Origin: Paraspadella gotoi
Lineage: Eukaryota; Animalia; Chaetognatha
Direction: 5' to 3'
DNA: 64,000 bases
Assembly (NCBI GenBank): GCA_051294375.1
Contig: CM119268.1
Location: forward strand, 18,866,615-18,930,614
The position numbers and the translations under genes are program-made. Below are positions 28,158 to 47,674 of this stretch, in pieces (the first letter of the stretch is position 1; every line of letters starts with the position of its first letter). Under the pieces are notes generated by a model. That model was not told the origin of the DNA and did no database searches. It saw only the letters and a list, made by a program, of their open reading frames with translations.

Positions 28158-29652
28158 TAACGCGTTTTGAATTATGTCGTTTTTTGGGAGGAAAGAGCAT
28201 CATCCATGAGCTCGTTTTAGCTGGAAACCTTCCCAGAGTCGTGAATACTGGATTGAAAAAAGAAAAAAAGAAAAGAAGAATAACGAGAAAAATAGGAAGA
28301 AAAGATTTCTTTACGTAATATTTTCTCATTCTTTATTTTCTCTCCGTGAGAGAGAAAATTGGTAACTTTTTCGCGTCGTTCTCACAGATAAAGGTAATTA
28401 ACTCAAAGATAAAGCAAAGGGAACGAGGTTTCAAGCTTTGTAAAAACCGGGCTCTCTTAAAGATTTTTTAAATAAGATTGAACTCGAATTTTTCACTATA
28501 AAAAAATATTTCAATTCAATAGAAAACAATTGAGAAAAAATTCGCTCGATTGCGCGCGAGAGGAACGCGGAGGATATTTCGACACTGAGTTCATTCCGGG
28601 TTGCCAAGCAACGCGGATTCGCACGGAATGAAATATAGGAAAAATAAAACCCCAATAAATATTTCGTCGATCGATTTGTCAACTTCCGCTGAAACCGAGT
28701 GTGACATGTCACTTCGACATCTACAACTGACGCTGACTATTATGAGTAATGGATGATATGCAAATGCGTGAGTGAGATCGAGACTTACTTAAACAGTGTG
28801 ATTTCAATCAATTTTCACGATTCACTCCCGATCTTCACTTTTTCCTCTAGTATTACACGCTTCAGTCGATTACAAGATGTGAATCACAGCCTCGTTATCT
28901 TTCTTCGAGCATTTGCTTCCAATCTCGAGTTTCCAATCCGTGACCTTAAATGAAGTCGCGGTATCCTCAGTGACTGATCATGAGCATCACCTCAATTATC
29001 ACGATGACCAGTGGGCGAAATCGCGGGTTCGAGTGTTCTATCCGAGACTCAGGACTCAAGAAAAGAAAATCTAGATCCGCTTTTGTACTCTTTTTTTTTA
29101 ATTTGGTTTTTTTTTTTTAAATATGTTTGATTGTAACCCACAGAGCGTTATGAATTATAAACGACTCTTCGAATTTTAATTATATTTTTAAAATTCGGTA
29201 TTTATTGAAAAGACTAAACATTACCGTCAAGTCTCACCTCAAAGGAAAAACCACCAATGTCGAAAAAAATTTAAGGAGAGTCGTAGATTTAAAAGATTAA
29301 AGGATTTGGAAAGACGACGTGAGAAAGCAACGCTTCATTTATGTTTCAATCCCGGACGCGAACTCTAGATTTTATAGGCAATCCAATAATAAGGACCGTT
29401 AACAAATGACCATGATCAATGACCCATTTGACCATATGACCATCTTTTCGACTCAACTTCGTTCATCGGCAAGAAAAAAATAAATAAAATAGAAATAATA
29501 TGTAAAAATTAGAAATTTTACCTTCAAGCATTGAATTTGTTAGTTCGTGCTCATTTAAGATTATTCGATTTCAAAGATAAAGGTTTCATGTAAACAATAC
29601 AACATCGTTATTTGATTGGTTTTCAGCTCGACGCCCAAAACAAATCGACAAG

Positions 29653-30782
29653 ATGAAAGTTTTTCGCGCTCTGCCTTTTCCTTGTTTGAATGGCGATGGC
29701 TGAAACCGAGATATCCTGGATGCGAGGTGAGTTATACTCTCTCTCTTCTCTCCATCATTCTAAAAACATCAAAGTTTGCCCAGGGTGTCACCACTGTCAT
29801 ATGGACCCCCACCATCTGGAAACTTACCCACGTTGACGCTCCCTTCATATTTTCACCTTTTTTCTTCTTTTGATCTTTTGGCATTGTGTGTCTTAAATGT
29901 GTCTGTCTGTTTTTAATTCTCAATGATATTATAGCCCAAGACCTGCTAAGCTTTATTAGAGGGATAGCCTGTTTAAAGTGAGGGGAAAGATAACTTATGT
30001 ATTAAAAAATGGATATTATTATGTTGGTTGTAGCAATTCTTTATGTATATTTCTTTCAGTCTTCGCCAGAACCGATGCTCCACCGAATTCCGCTCCACAA
30101 GATGGAGTCAGCCAGGAGCTTTTTCAGGAGTCGGGGACGGATTTGGACTATGTGACTCAAATGGAGAATTTCTACAGGTCGGTCAGTCTATTTTTAAAAC
30201 TAAAGATTCAAAAGTTTTCATTTCTTTCACAATTTTTAAGTATTTTTTTTTTGTTAAGCTATGTAAGAAATACATTTTACTCAATAAATACGATTCATGC
30301 GTTAGAACCGTAGTTTTTGTTTCCCTCGACATTCATAAAAAACACCTGTCATATCGCGCGATTTGAAAATTTGGCGGGAAATTTCCCTCGGATTTCCCTT
30401 TTGAGGCTCAGATGGTCTTTTGGTGGGAAAAAAAAGATATTGATGGCGCAAAGATTTGAACGCGTGAAAAGTTTAAACTTTAAAGGGTTAAAAAAGGATT
30501 TTGATGAAAAGTTTAAAATGAGAATAAGTAGTATACCCAATACCAGTCATGCCAATAATTCTTTTTTAAATTTAATTCACTGACAAGTTTTTGTTTTTAC
30601 TTTTATCCCGAATAAAAAAAATAATACTCAAATTCTAGATCATGAATTAAAAAAAAAATAAAATATGAAAGTAAAAATTAAATTAAATGAAAAAAAGAAT
30701 AGAAAATGAATCCAAAAACACAGCAAATTCGATGAACTCAGGCGCGCGCCTTTCAATTCAGCTTGATTGATTTCTCTCTCTC

Positions 30783-30816
<34 letters not shown>

Positions 30817-30846
30817 GTCAGTCTGTCGTCGTTGTCTGTTTCTTTT

Positions 30847-30945
<99 letters not shown>

Positions 30946-31341
30946 ATTTTCGGATGTGAAGGAGTCGAGGGGAGTGTAGGTCTTTTGTTGGTTTAGAACC
31001 AAATAAAATGATTAAAAAATTGATCACAAAATGAGAAAATAAATAGGATAATTTTGTTTAAAAAAAATCATGAAAGAAAAAAACCTATAATCAGAAAACC
31101 ATTATTAGCAAAACAAAAAACACTTTAAATCTGTGATACACATTTCATATAAAGACAATTTTCAAAAAATAAATAATATTGTAAAAATCCATCAAGAGAC
31201 CCGACAGCAACGCACAGCAAGAGCGCAAAATAGAAAAGCGAATGGACAAACTGATTGCAGCAGAAAAGAGAAACTCAAAGGCGAACTGAACACTCAACTG
31301 CGCAAAGGGACTCGTTTACGCTTTGGGGATTTTTTGACGAG

Positions 31342-31427
<86 letters not shown>

Positions 31428-33201
31428 CGATTATGAGGCCTTTCATGGTGACGAATAATAGAAGCCATTTTCCAAAATGCCTCAATAGATTTTGATATTT
31501 GAACAAGAATTTTAATCATTCCCATCTCAATAAAGATTCGACAGAAAACAGAATTTTTTGTACCAATTTTTACGAAAAAAGATGTTTTTTAAAAAAAATT
31601 TAACTTTCCTTACATTTGTTCTTATTTTCATCTTCTTTTTACATCTTTCTTAATACTTTCTTAGTTTCTACCTCCATTCTAAATTCCCATCATCCCAAGG
31701 TGTTGCGCCACATTACTTTTCTTTTTACTTATCATGCATTTATTCCTTATAGTTTATAAGATTTCTTTAAAACAAAAGGTGGAGCCAGTAGTCGCTTAGA
31801 TTGATTTTTAACAAATGAGCAACAAACTATAGGCAAGTTATAATCGTTTTTAACGTAAGTGGGACAGACCGACTGACAGACATACTGACGGACCTACCGA
31901 CCGACCGACCGACGGACCGACCGATCGAAAAGTGACTTATAGAGTACTCGCGGCGCAACTAAAAACACCTCGTTAGATTTTCTTTCCTTGATCGATCTTT
32001 TTTAAGCTCTGCAATCAACAGGGGAACCAGAGAAGCTCACATTTCTCGTTTTTATCTCGTTCGTTCGTTCGTTCGTTCGTTCGTTCGTTCGTTCGTTCGT
32101 TCGTTCGTTCGTTCGTTCGTTCGTTGTTCGTTCGCGTTAGTTCGTTCGTTCGTTCCTTCGTTCGTTAGTTCGTTCGTTCCTTCGTTCTTCGTTCCTCGTT
32201 CTCGTTCGTTCGTTCCTTCGTTCCTTCTTTCCTTCGTTCCTTCGTTCCTTCTTTCGGTCCTTCGTTCCTTCATTCATTAGTTTATTCATTCGTTATTTAG
32301 TTCTATGTTTCCTTCTTACTAGAGCAAACTTCGTCAATGGGTGGTCAGAAGTTTGATTTGGGAACCTTTCCAAATGAAACTCATACATTCTGAGAAAACT
32401 TTCAATGGACCAAAATTTTCTAAAATGGCAAGAAGCATTAGTAATTAATTTTTTAATATTTATTTATAGATAGGAAATGTCAAAATTTTTTTGGGAATTT
32501 TTTATTTTTAAAAGCAGATTCAAATAGCTTATGAAAAGTTATCTAACAAAGTATAATTCTTTTTCCAATATTTTGATGATAAGTGGGTTTAAATTGAGAA
32601 AACCTTAAAAATCATCATCTCATCATCATCATCCGATGATTTTAGCAGTTTTTACTAATTTTTAGTAATAAAACATCAAAATTTTAAAAAGTTGTATTAT
32701 TTTTTTGCTTAACTTTTTAAGTTCTATCAGAATCATTAAAAAAACTTAAAATATCCCAAAAAAAATTTTGACATTATATAGCATATATAATATTAATTAA
32801 CGAATTACTCATGGTTCGGAACTTTTGCAAAAAATATTTTAACACAATAATTAATACAATAATGGATTAGTTTAATGCTGTTCCCATTAAAATTTGAATT
32901 TGGTCGGCTACCGCTATTCTTACCTTCGTTCCTTCGTTCCTATCCTTCGTTCCCTCTCCCCAATTCAACACTTACGAACCAGATTCGAATCTTCACTCAA
33001 TCTCCCTTTTTCCAAATTGGTCTCATTATTTGTCAGCGATGAACCCATCACCTTTTTTTTCTCTGAACGTCTCTCCTTTTCTTTCTCCGCAGAAACAAAT
33101 ACGCTGTGACGAGTCCGCCGGGAATTCCGCTCGAGAATTACTTGGACGCGCAATACTACGGCGCCATCAGCATCGGTACGCCTCCGCAGAAATTCTTGGT
33201 G
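29653..33201 (+). CDS. CTSD: Same cathepsin D-like gene, exons 1-3 in the inverted arm: 29653-29726 (signal peptide), 30060-30177 (propeptide), 33093-33201
   Basis: Exon 1 reads approximately [15 protein letters not shown] followed by GTGAGT. Exon 2 reads [40 protein letters not shown] (A1 propeptide RIPLHK motif). Exon 3 reads [36 protein letters not shown] and joins exon 4 (VFDTGS) in phase 0. Confidence 0.88.
31810..31965 (-). mobile_element. Possible short non-autonomous element resembling DINE-1/HINE (Helentron-associated) repeats; copies at ~35398-35552 and ~41368-41525 are assembly duplicates
   Basis: A T-run, then the imperfect palindrome AGTTGCGCCGCGAGTACT, then CTATAAGTCAC and a (GGTC/TGTC)n tetranucleotide microsatellite. 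Recognised by architecture only. Confidence 0.35.
32057..32272. repeat. (TTCG)n/(TTCC)n tetranucleotide microsatellite; mirrors at 41050-41272 and a noisy copy at ~34720-35035
   Basis: Directly visible. Confidence 0.95.
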
Positions 33202-33423
33202 GTGAGTTAAGGGGTGAGAGAGAGAGAGTGGGGAACTTTGTGACACTGTTTGTGATTTTGTTTGTGAATCTTGTTGGCGGAAAGTTTAGGATGCCGTTAT
33301 TTTAAACTTTAAATAAAAATTTAGTTATTTTGATACTTCCGTATTACTTCGTTTCAAAACTTAGCATTGTCCTATGCGACATTTTGGAAATAATTGTATG
33401 GTGATATACGAATTCGTGCCTCC

Positions 33424-33480
<57 letters not shown>

Positions 33481-33724
33481 TCCCACGCCGCAGTTTCGCC
33501 AGTCAGCGAACTTCTCGTCTCGTCTAAGCGATTATTATGAGTTTTTTTTTTATCTCAAATCTTTTTCTTCTCTATTTCTTCTCTTTTATTTCATATTCTA
33601 TTATCTTTTCTATTTTTTCTTTTCTCTTTTCTTTTTTCTTCTTTTTTTTCTTCCTTCTTTGACAGCCATTAGCCCCGTTTCATTTTCTTGCTCGGCTTGG
33701 ATAAGACGATGAGAGTTTTGCGCG

Positions 33725-33788
<64 letters not shown>

Positions 33789-34084
33789 TCCTCGAGAGAG
33801 AGAGAGAGAGAGACCCGCGCAAAACTCTCATCGTCTTATCCAAGCCGAGCAAGAAAATGAAACGGGGCTAATGGCTGTCAAAGAAAAAAGGAAGAAAAAA
33901 AAGAAGAAAAAAGAAAAGAAAAAGAAAAAAATAGAAAAGATAATAGAATATAAAATAAAGAGAGAAGAAAATAGAGAAGAAAAAGATTTGAGATAAAAAA
34001 AAACTCATAATATCGGCTTAGACTAGACGAGAAGTTCGCTGTGGCGGCCGAAACTGCGGCGTGGGAAGAAATGAAGAGAGAGAG

Positions 34085-34151
<67 letters not shown>

Positions 34152-34381
34152 AGAGAGGGAGGCACGAATTCGTATATCACCATACAATTATTTCCAAAAT
34201 GTCGCATAGGACAATGCTAATTTTTTTGAAACGAAGTAATACGGAAGTTTATCAAAATAACTAAATTTTTATTTAAGTTTAAAATAACGGCATCCTAAAA
34301 CTTTCCGCCAACAAGATTCACAAACAGAATCACAAACAGTGTCACAAAGTCCCCATTCTCTCTCTCCACCCCTTAACTCAC

Positions 34382-34491
34382 CACCAAGAACTTCTGCGGA
34401 GGCGACCGATGCTGATGGCGCCGTAGTATTGCGCGCGCCAAGTAATTCATCAGCGGAATTCCCGGCGGACTCGTCACAGCGTATTTGTTTT
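34382..34491 (-). CDS. CTSD: Third, noisy copy of cathepsin D-like exon 3
   Basis: [32 protein letters not shown], the reverse complement of 33093-33201 across the 33.79-kb fold-back. Confidence 0.8.
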
Positions 34492-36603
34492 CTGCGGAGA
34501 AAAAAAAAGGAGAGACGTTCAGAGAAAAAAAAGGTGATGGGTTCATCGCTGACAAATAATGAGACCAATTTTGGTAAAAGGGAGATTGAGTGAGGATTCG
34601 AATCTGGTTCGTAAGTTGCAATTGGGAGAGGGAACCCAAGGACTAGGAACGAAGAACGTAAGGTAAGAAGGGGAAAACATAAGAACCTTAAATAAAGAGA
34701 AAAAGCAACAAGATGTCGAAATGAAACGGAAAGACGAAGAAACGAACGAAGGAAGGAATGAAGAGAAGGAGAAGGGACGAACGAACGAACGAACGAAACA
34801 TACGAATGAATAAAGTAAATGAAATGATCTAGGAACACGAAAGGAACGAAAGAAAGGAACGGAAGGAACGAAGAACGAAGGAACGACAGGAACGAACGAA
34901 ACAGAACGACACGAACGAAGCGAACGAAAGGAACGAAAGCGAACAGCACGAACGAAGGAAACGACGAAACGAAACGAACGACAACGAACGACAACGAACG
35001 AACGAACGACGAACGAAACGAACAACCGAACGAACAGAGGTAAAAACGAAAATGAAGCTCTCTGCGTTCGACCCCTGTTGATTTACCACGAGCATAAAAA
35101 AACTCGATCAAGAAAAGAAAATCTAACGATGGTTGTTTTTTAGTGACCGCGCGAGTACTCTATACAGTCACTTTTCGGATCGGTCGAAATGTGAGCTTCT
35201 CTTGGTTCCCTGTTATAACAGAGCTTAAAAAAGGACCGATCAGAAAAGGAAAAATCTAACGAGGTGTTTTTTAGTGCGCCGCGGAGTACTCTATAAGTCA
35301 CTTTTTCGATCGGTTCGAATGTGAGCTTCTCTGGTTCCCCTGTTGATTACAGAGCTTAAAAAAGACTCGATCAAGAAAAGAAAATCTAACGAGGTGTTTT
35401 TTAGTTGCGCCGCGAGTACTCTATAAGTCACTTTTCGATCGGTCGGTCCGTCGGTCGGTCGGTCGGTAGGTCCGTCAGTATGTCTGTCAGTCGGTCTGTC
35501 CCACTTACGTTAAAAACGATTATAACTTGCCTATAGTTTGTTGCTCATTTGTTAAAAATCAAATCTAAGCGACTACTGGCTCCACCTTTTGTTTTTAAAG
35601 AAATCTTATAAACTATAAGGAATAAATGGCATGATAAGTAAAAAGAAAAGTAATGTGGCGCAACACCTTGGGATGATGGGAATTTTAGAATGGAGGTAGA
35701 AACTAAGAAAGTATTAAGAAAGATGGAAAAAGAAGATGAAAATAAGAACAAATGTAAGGAGAGTTAAAAATTTTTTTAAAAAACATCTTTTTTCGTAAAA
35801 ATTGGTACAAAAAATTCTGTTTTCTGTCGGAATCTTTATTGAGATGGGGAATGAATTAAAATTCTTGTTCAAATATCAAAATCTATTTGAGGCATTTTGG
35901 AAAATGGCTTCTATTATTCGTCACCATGAAAGGCCTCATAATCGCTCTCTCTCTCTCTCTCTCTCTCNNNNNNNNNNNNNNNNNNNNNNNNNTCTCTACG
36001 TCATCTTCTCTCTCTCATCTTCTCTCTCTCTCTCTCTCCTCTCTCTCTGTCTCTCCTCTCTCTACTCTCTTTCTCTCTCTCGCCTCTCTCTCGCTCGCTC
36101 TCGTCAAAAATCCCCAAAGCGTTAACGAGCTCCCTTTGCGCAGTTGACGTGTTCAGTTCGACCTTTGAGTTTCTCTTTTCTGCTGTCAATCAGTTTGTCC
36201 ATCTCGCCATTTTTCGTATTTTGCGCTCTTGCTGTGCTAGCGCGTGGGAGGGGAGGGGGGGGGAGTGTTCTGAGGTCTCTGATAGATTATTACTCCTTAC
36301 AGTCACACCTTGATTAATTTATTTCTCTATTTTTGAAAATTGTCTTTATTATGTTAAAAGTTGACCCTGACATATCTACCAATCATCTACTATACTCTCT
36401 CATGCTTTTCTATTTTGCGCTCTTGCTGTGCGTTGCTGTTCGGGTCTCTTGATGGATTTTTACAATATTATTTATTTTTTTGAAAATTGTCTTTATATGA
36501 AATGTGTATCACAGATTTAAAAGTGTTTTTTGTTTTGCTAATAATGGTTTTCTGATTATAGGTTTTTTTCTTTCATGATTTTTTTTTAAACAAAATTATC
36601 CTA

Positions 36604-43331
<6,728 letters not shown>

Positions 43332-43983
43332 CTGAAAGAAATATACATAAAGAATTGCTACAACCAACATAATAATTANNNNNNNNNNNNNNNNNNNNNN
43401 NNNNNNNNNNNNNNNNNNNNNNNNNNNNNNNNNNNNNNNNNNNNNNNNNNNNNNNNNNNNNNNNNNNNNNNNNNNNNNNNNNNNNNNNNNNNNNNNNNNN
43501 NNNNNNNNNNNNNNNNNNNNNNNNNNNNNNNNNNNNNGCGATGAACGAAGTTGAGTCGAAAAGATGGTCATTGGTCAAATGGGTCATTGATCATTGGTCA
43601 TTTGTTAACGGTCCTTATTATTGGATTGCTATAAATCTAGAGTTCGCGTCGGGATTGAAACATAAATGAAGCGTTGCTTTCTCACGTCGTCTTTCCAAAT
43701 CCTTTAAATCTTTTAAATCTACGACTCTCCTTAAATTTTTTCGACATTGGTGGTTTTCCTTTGAGGTGAGACTTGACGTAATGTTTAGTCTTTCAATAAA
43801 TACCGAATTTTAAAAATATAATAAAATCGAAGAGTCGTTATAATTCATACGCTCTGTGGGTTACAATCAAAACATATTTAAAAAAAACCAAATTAAAAAA
43901 AAAAGAGACAAAGCGGATCTAGATTTTCTTTTCTTGAGTCCGGAGTCTCGGATAGAACCTCGAACCCGCGATTCCGCCCACTG

Positions 43984-43993
43984 GTCACGTGAT
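43984..43993. promoter_or_regulatory. CLEAR-like E-box upstream of cathepsin D (mirror near 28998-29009)
   Basis: GTCACGTGAT, which reads ATCACGTGAC on the gene's strand. It lies about 650 bp upstream of the ATG as measured on the other arm, in a CpG-rich patch. Confidence 0.45.
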
Positions 43994-44807
43994 AATTGAG
44001 GTGATCTCATGATCAGTCACGAGATCACGCGACTCATTTTAAGGTCACGGGATTGGAAACTCGAGATTGGAAGCAAAGCTCGAAAGAAAGATTAACGAGG
44101 CTGTGATTCAACATCTTGTAATCGACGAAGCGGTTGTAAACTAGAGGAAAAGTGAAGACGGAGTGAATCGGAAATTGATTGAAATCACACTGTTTAAGTA
44201 AGTCTCGACTCACTTCACGCATTTGCATCATCCATTACTCATAATAGTCAGCGCAGTTGTAGATGTCGATAGTGACATGTCACACTCGGCAGCGAAGTTG
44301 ACAAATCGATCGACGAAATTTTAGGGGTTTTATTTTTCCTAATTCATCCGTGCGAACCGCGTTGCTTGGCAACCGAATGAACTCAGCTGTCGAATATCCT
44401 CGCGTTCTCTCGCGCGCAATCGAGCGGAATTTTTTCTCATTGTTTTCTATTGAACTTGAAATATTTTGTTTTATAGTGAAAAGATTTCGATTCAACTTAT
44501 TTAAAAATCTTTAAGAGAGCCGGTTTTTACAAAGCTTGAACCTCGTCCCTTTGCTTTATCTTGAGTTAACTACCTTTATCTGTGAGAACGATCGCGAAAA
44601 GTTACCAATTTTCTCTCTCACGAGAAAAATAAAGGAATGAGAAAATATTACGTAAAGAAACTTTTTCCTATTTTCTCGTTATTTTCTCTTTTCTTTTTTT
44701 CTTTTTCATCCAGTATTCACGACTCTGGAAGGTTCCAGCAAAACGAGCTCATGATGATGGCTCTTTCCTCCCACAAAACGCATAATTTCAAAACGCGTTA
44801 CTCTCTC

Positions 44808-44908
<101 letters not shown>

Positions 44909-46312
44909 TAATTTCTTTCACAGTTTATGGTCGGCTGAATCTCCTCGCTTCATTCTTCCAGTCTTCCTCTCCCGTCTTCACTCACGCCCTCCTCATTTTT
45001 CACGGGATTTGAAACAAATGGGGATGGAGGGATGCGGTGTGACGCATCACGAATCCGTGATTCGCGCCATCAATCAAATTACTCTTTTTCACATTTTTCT
45101 TTAGTTAAATTAATCATTTTTTTACTTTGTGGAATTGAAGAAGCGTCATCTTTTCATGTAAAGGGGAATCAAGGGATAAATTGGTCTAATTTATTATCGA
45201 GAATATAAACCAACTTTCAAAAAATTGATAAATTTAACTTAGATGAATAGGGATTCTGTTTCCGTTGCTATTCTGTTTTCGAATCCGGATTCCAGAGGGA
45301 AAAAAAGTTGAAATCAAAGATGGCGCTGACCTTTCGTTGACTCCTGGTGTTCGTGTCGGAATCGGTCACGAAATGAAGAGAAAGAAGAGGAGGAGGAGGA
45401 GGTGGAGGAGGAAGAGGAACGAGGAATAATAGAATTGGTAGGGAGGAGATGGAACGAAAGGTAAGGTTGTCACGAGAAGGAATGTTTCAAGTCTAAGTCG
45501 AAAAAAAAAATAGGAGGTGGATGGACTTGTTCGTGCGTTCGATCCCGAATCATTTTGGACAAATCTAAAAAAATAAAAAAAATAAACTTGAGAGGGAAAA
45601 AAGGGTTTTTGTTATCGACCTTAAATTTTCGGTAAAATTTCGATTTAGATGCGGAACGAATTTTTCTTTATGCCTTCGATTTCAACGACCTTGCCACGAC
45701 TTCACTATCGCGTTGCCATGTCATCATGCTGACTTGTCATGCCCTACAACGACACGTCCATGACTTTATCAACTCTCGACATGTCATTGGTTATAAAATC
45801 TTCAGTCCATCTCTGTCGGTTTTCATCCGATTTTGTTTTTGTAACTGCAACGTCCAATACTTTCTTTTTAAATCTGATATTATGTTTTCTCGGTTGTTGT
45901 TGTTGTCGTTGTCGTTGCAGTTAAGTTCTAGATCGTCGTTGCCATCGTTTCAGTCGACGTCGTCGTTGTCGAGTCGAGGGAAGCGTCCATGACTTTTCGC
46001 TCTGGCGGCGAAGAATTCCTGGAGACGCGAGAATTGTGGAGCCAACTGACTAGCGCCTTTATTTTTTTCTTAGGCTTTTTGTTTTTTGTTGGTCTTTCAT
46101 TTTGGATCATTTATTATTGTTTAATTCATATCTATTTTCTTTGGTTTTTAAATTTAAAAATATTTAAAAACTTAATTCCAACTTGATTTTATCTCGCAAT
46201 ATCTCGTCGTCTTAAATAAAGCAGAACTCTGCAAGCGAGACTATGTATTTACGTGTGCTAGTCTGCGTGCACTCGCATGCACTATGACGAAAAATTACGC
46301 TCATCGTCGAGA

Positions 46313-46372
46313 GCGCCATCTCTACCGTCACTTCCGCCACGCCCACCCCACGCCCCCTCTCGCCCCCCCCCG
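46313..46372 (-). promoter_or_regulatory. Promoter-like CpG-rich patch: G-quadruplex-forming G runs, ETS-CRE composite (CGGAAGTGACG) and YY1-like (AGATGGCG) motifs
   Basis: The minus strand reads GCGGGGGGGGGCGAGAGGGGGCGTGGGGTGGGCGTGGCGGAAGTGACGGTAGAGATGGCGC. Confidence 0.45.
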
Positions 46373-46454
46373 CTGGCACCGCCGACCGGAGGCTTTGAAT
46401 TCGAAAATTTTATTTTCGAGATCTTTTGTCCAGAGAAAAAAATGGAAAGGGTAG

Positions 46455-46680
46455 AAATAAGGAAGAGGGTAATGATAAAGGGGGAAATAAGGAAGAAGGG
46501 TAATGATAAAGGAGGAAATGAGGAAGAAGGGTAATGATAAAGGGGGAAATAAGGAAGAGGGTAATGATAAAGGGAAAATGAGGAAGAGGGTAATGATAAA
46601 GGGGGAAATAAGAAAGAGGGTAATGATAAAGGGGGAAATGAGGAAGAGGGTAATGATAAAAGGGGAAATGAGGAAGAAAA
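46455..46680. repeat. ~30-bp minisatellite (AGGAAGAGGGTAATGATAAAGGGGGAAATA/G), about 7-8 units; mirror at ~25985-26260
   Basis: Directly visible head-to-tail units with no spacers. Confidence 0.9.
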
Positions 46681-47633
46681 GGAAAAACATAGGGTAAGGT
46701 CTGGACGTGGTAGGTCGACAAAAGCGAAGGAGGCAGATCTCATTTAGGATTCCCTTTTCTGTCTGAGGAACGAGAATTCTCACGCGCAAAAAAAAATATA
46801 TAAGAGAAAAAAGGATTTTTTTAAATTTTTTTCCCCTTTTGTGCTGACATCCCGCGGGTTTAAAATCGAGAAGAATGCCTCATTAAATTCAATATTTTTG
46901 GGGGGTTAGGTTTTCTAAGATTCTTACGATAGGAGTACTCGTCTTTGCTCTTTGTCCTTGTCCTTGTCCTTGTCCTTGTTCTTGTCCATGGTTCACCCGA
47001 TGATTGAAGAGAAGTGTTAACGTTGTTATATATCCAAGACCCCAAGCCGAGACGGACTGTAATATCTATCCTTATTCTTTGAGCCAGGGCTTTGATATCC
47101 ATCCCTACTCTCTGACCTATAAATTTCATATCTATCCCTACCCTTTAAAATTATTTGACGCCACGACCTCGTTTTCTTTTACGGTTTCATAACATTTTTT
47201 TTTCTTTTTTTTCTTTCAGAATTTCATATTCTATTTTCTCTTTGAATTTTTTTTATATTCAAATTCATCTTTCTGTTATTATAAAATATTTTTTTAACCA
47301 TTCTTAACTACGAACTAATTTTCTAAACGCTGTTTGAAAATTAAATAACCAAGTTTTTACTATTTACTCATTCTGAACCTAAATCTTAGCTCTTTTGCAA
47401 ACATTCTTTCCTTTTTAATAAGAGCTCGGATCTCAGAGTCAAGGGTCAGAAGGAATTACCCAAATTTTTAGAAATTTGTTTCAAACATTTTTATCGCTCT
47501 CTTGACCCATCACTTGGTCTCTGTCAAATCTAATTCATTGCCCGAGCTCCTGAATATCGTCAACTCACTCTCGAATCTTCTGACCCCAAAATTGTGGCAG
47601 ATTCATCAAATCCCAAACACTGTCGTCGTCGTC

Positions 47634-47674
<41 letters not shown>

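Noticed and set aside
46455-46680. CRISPR-like array of ~30-bp repeats
   Set aside because: Units are head-to-tail without unique spacers, there are no cas genes, and the context is eukaryotic.
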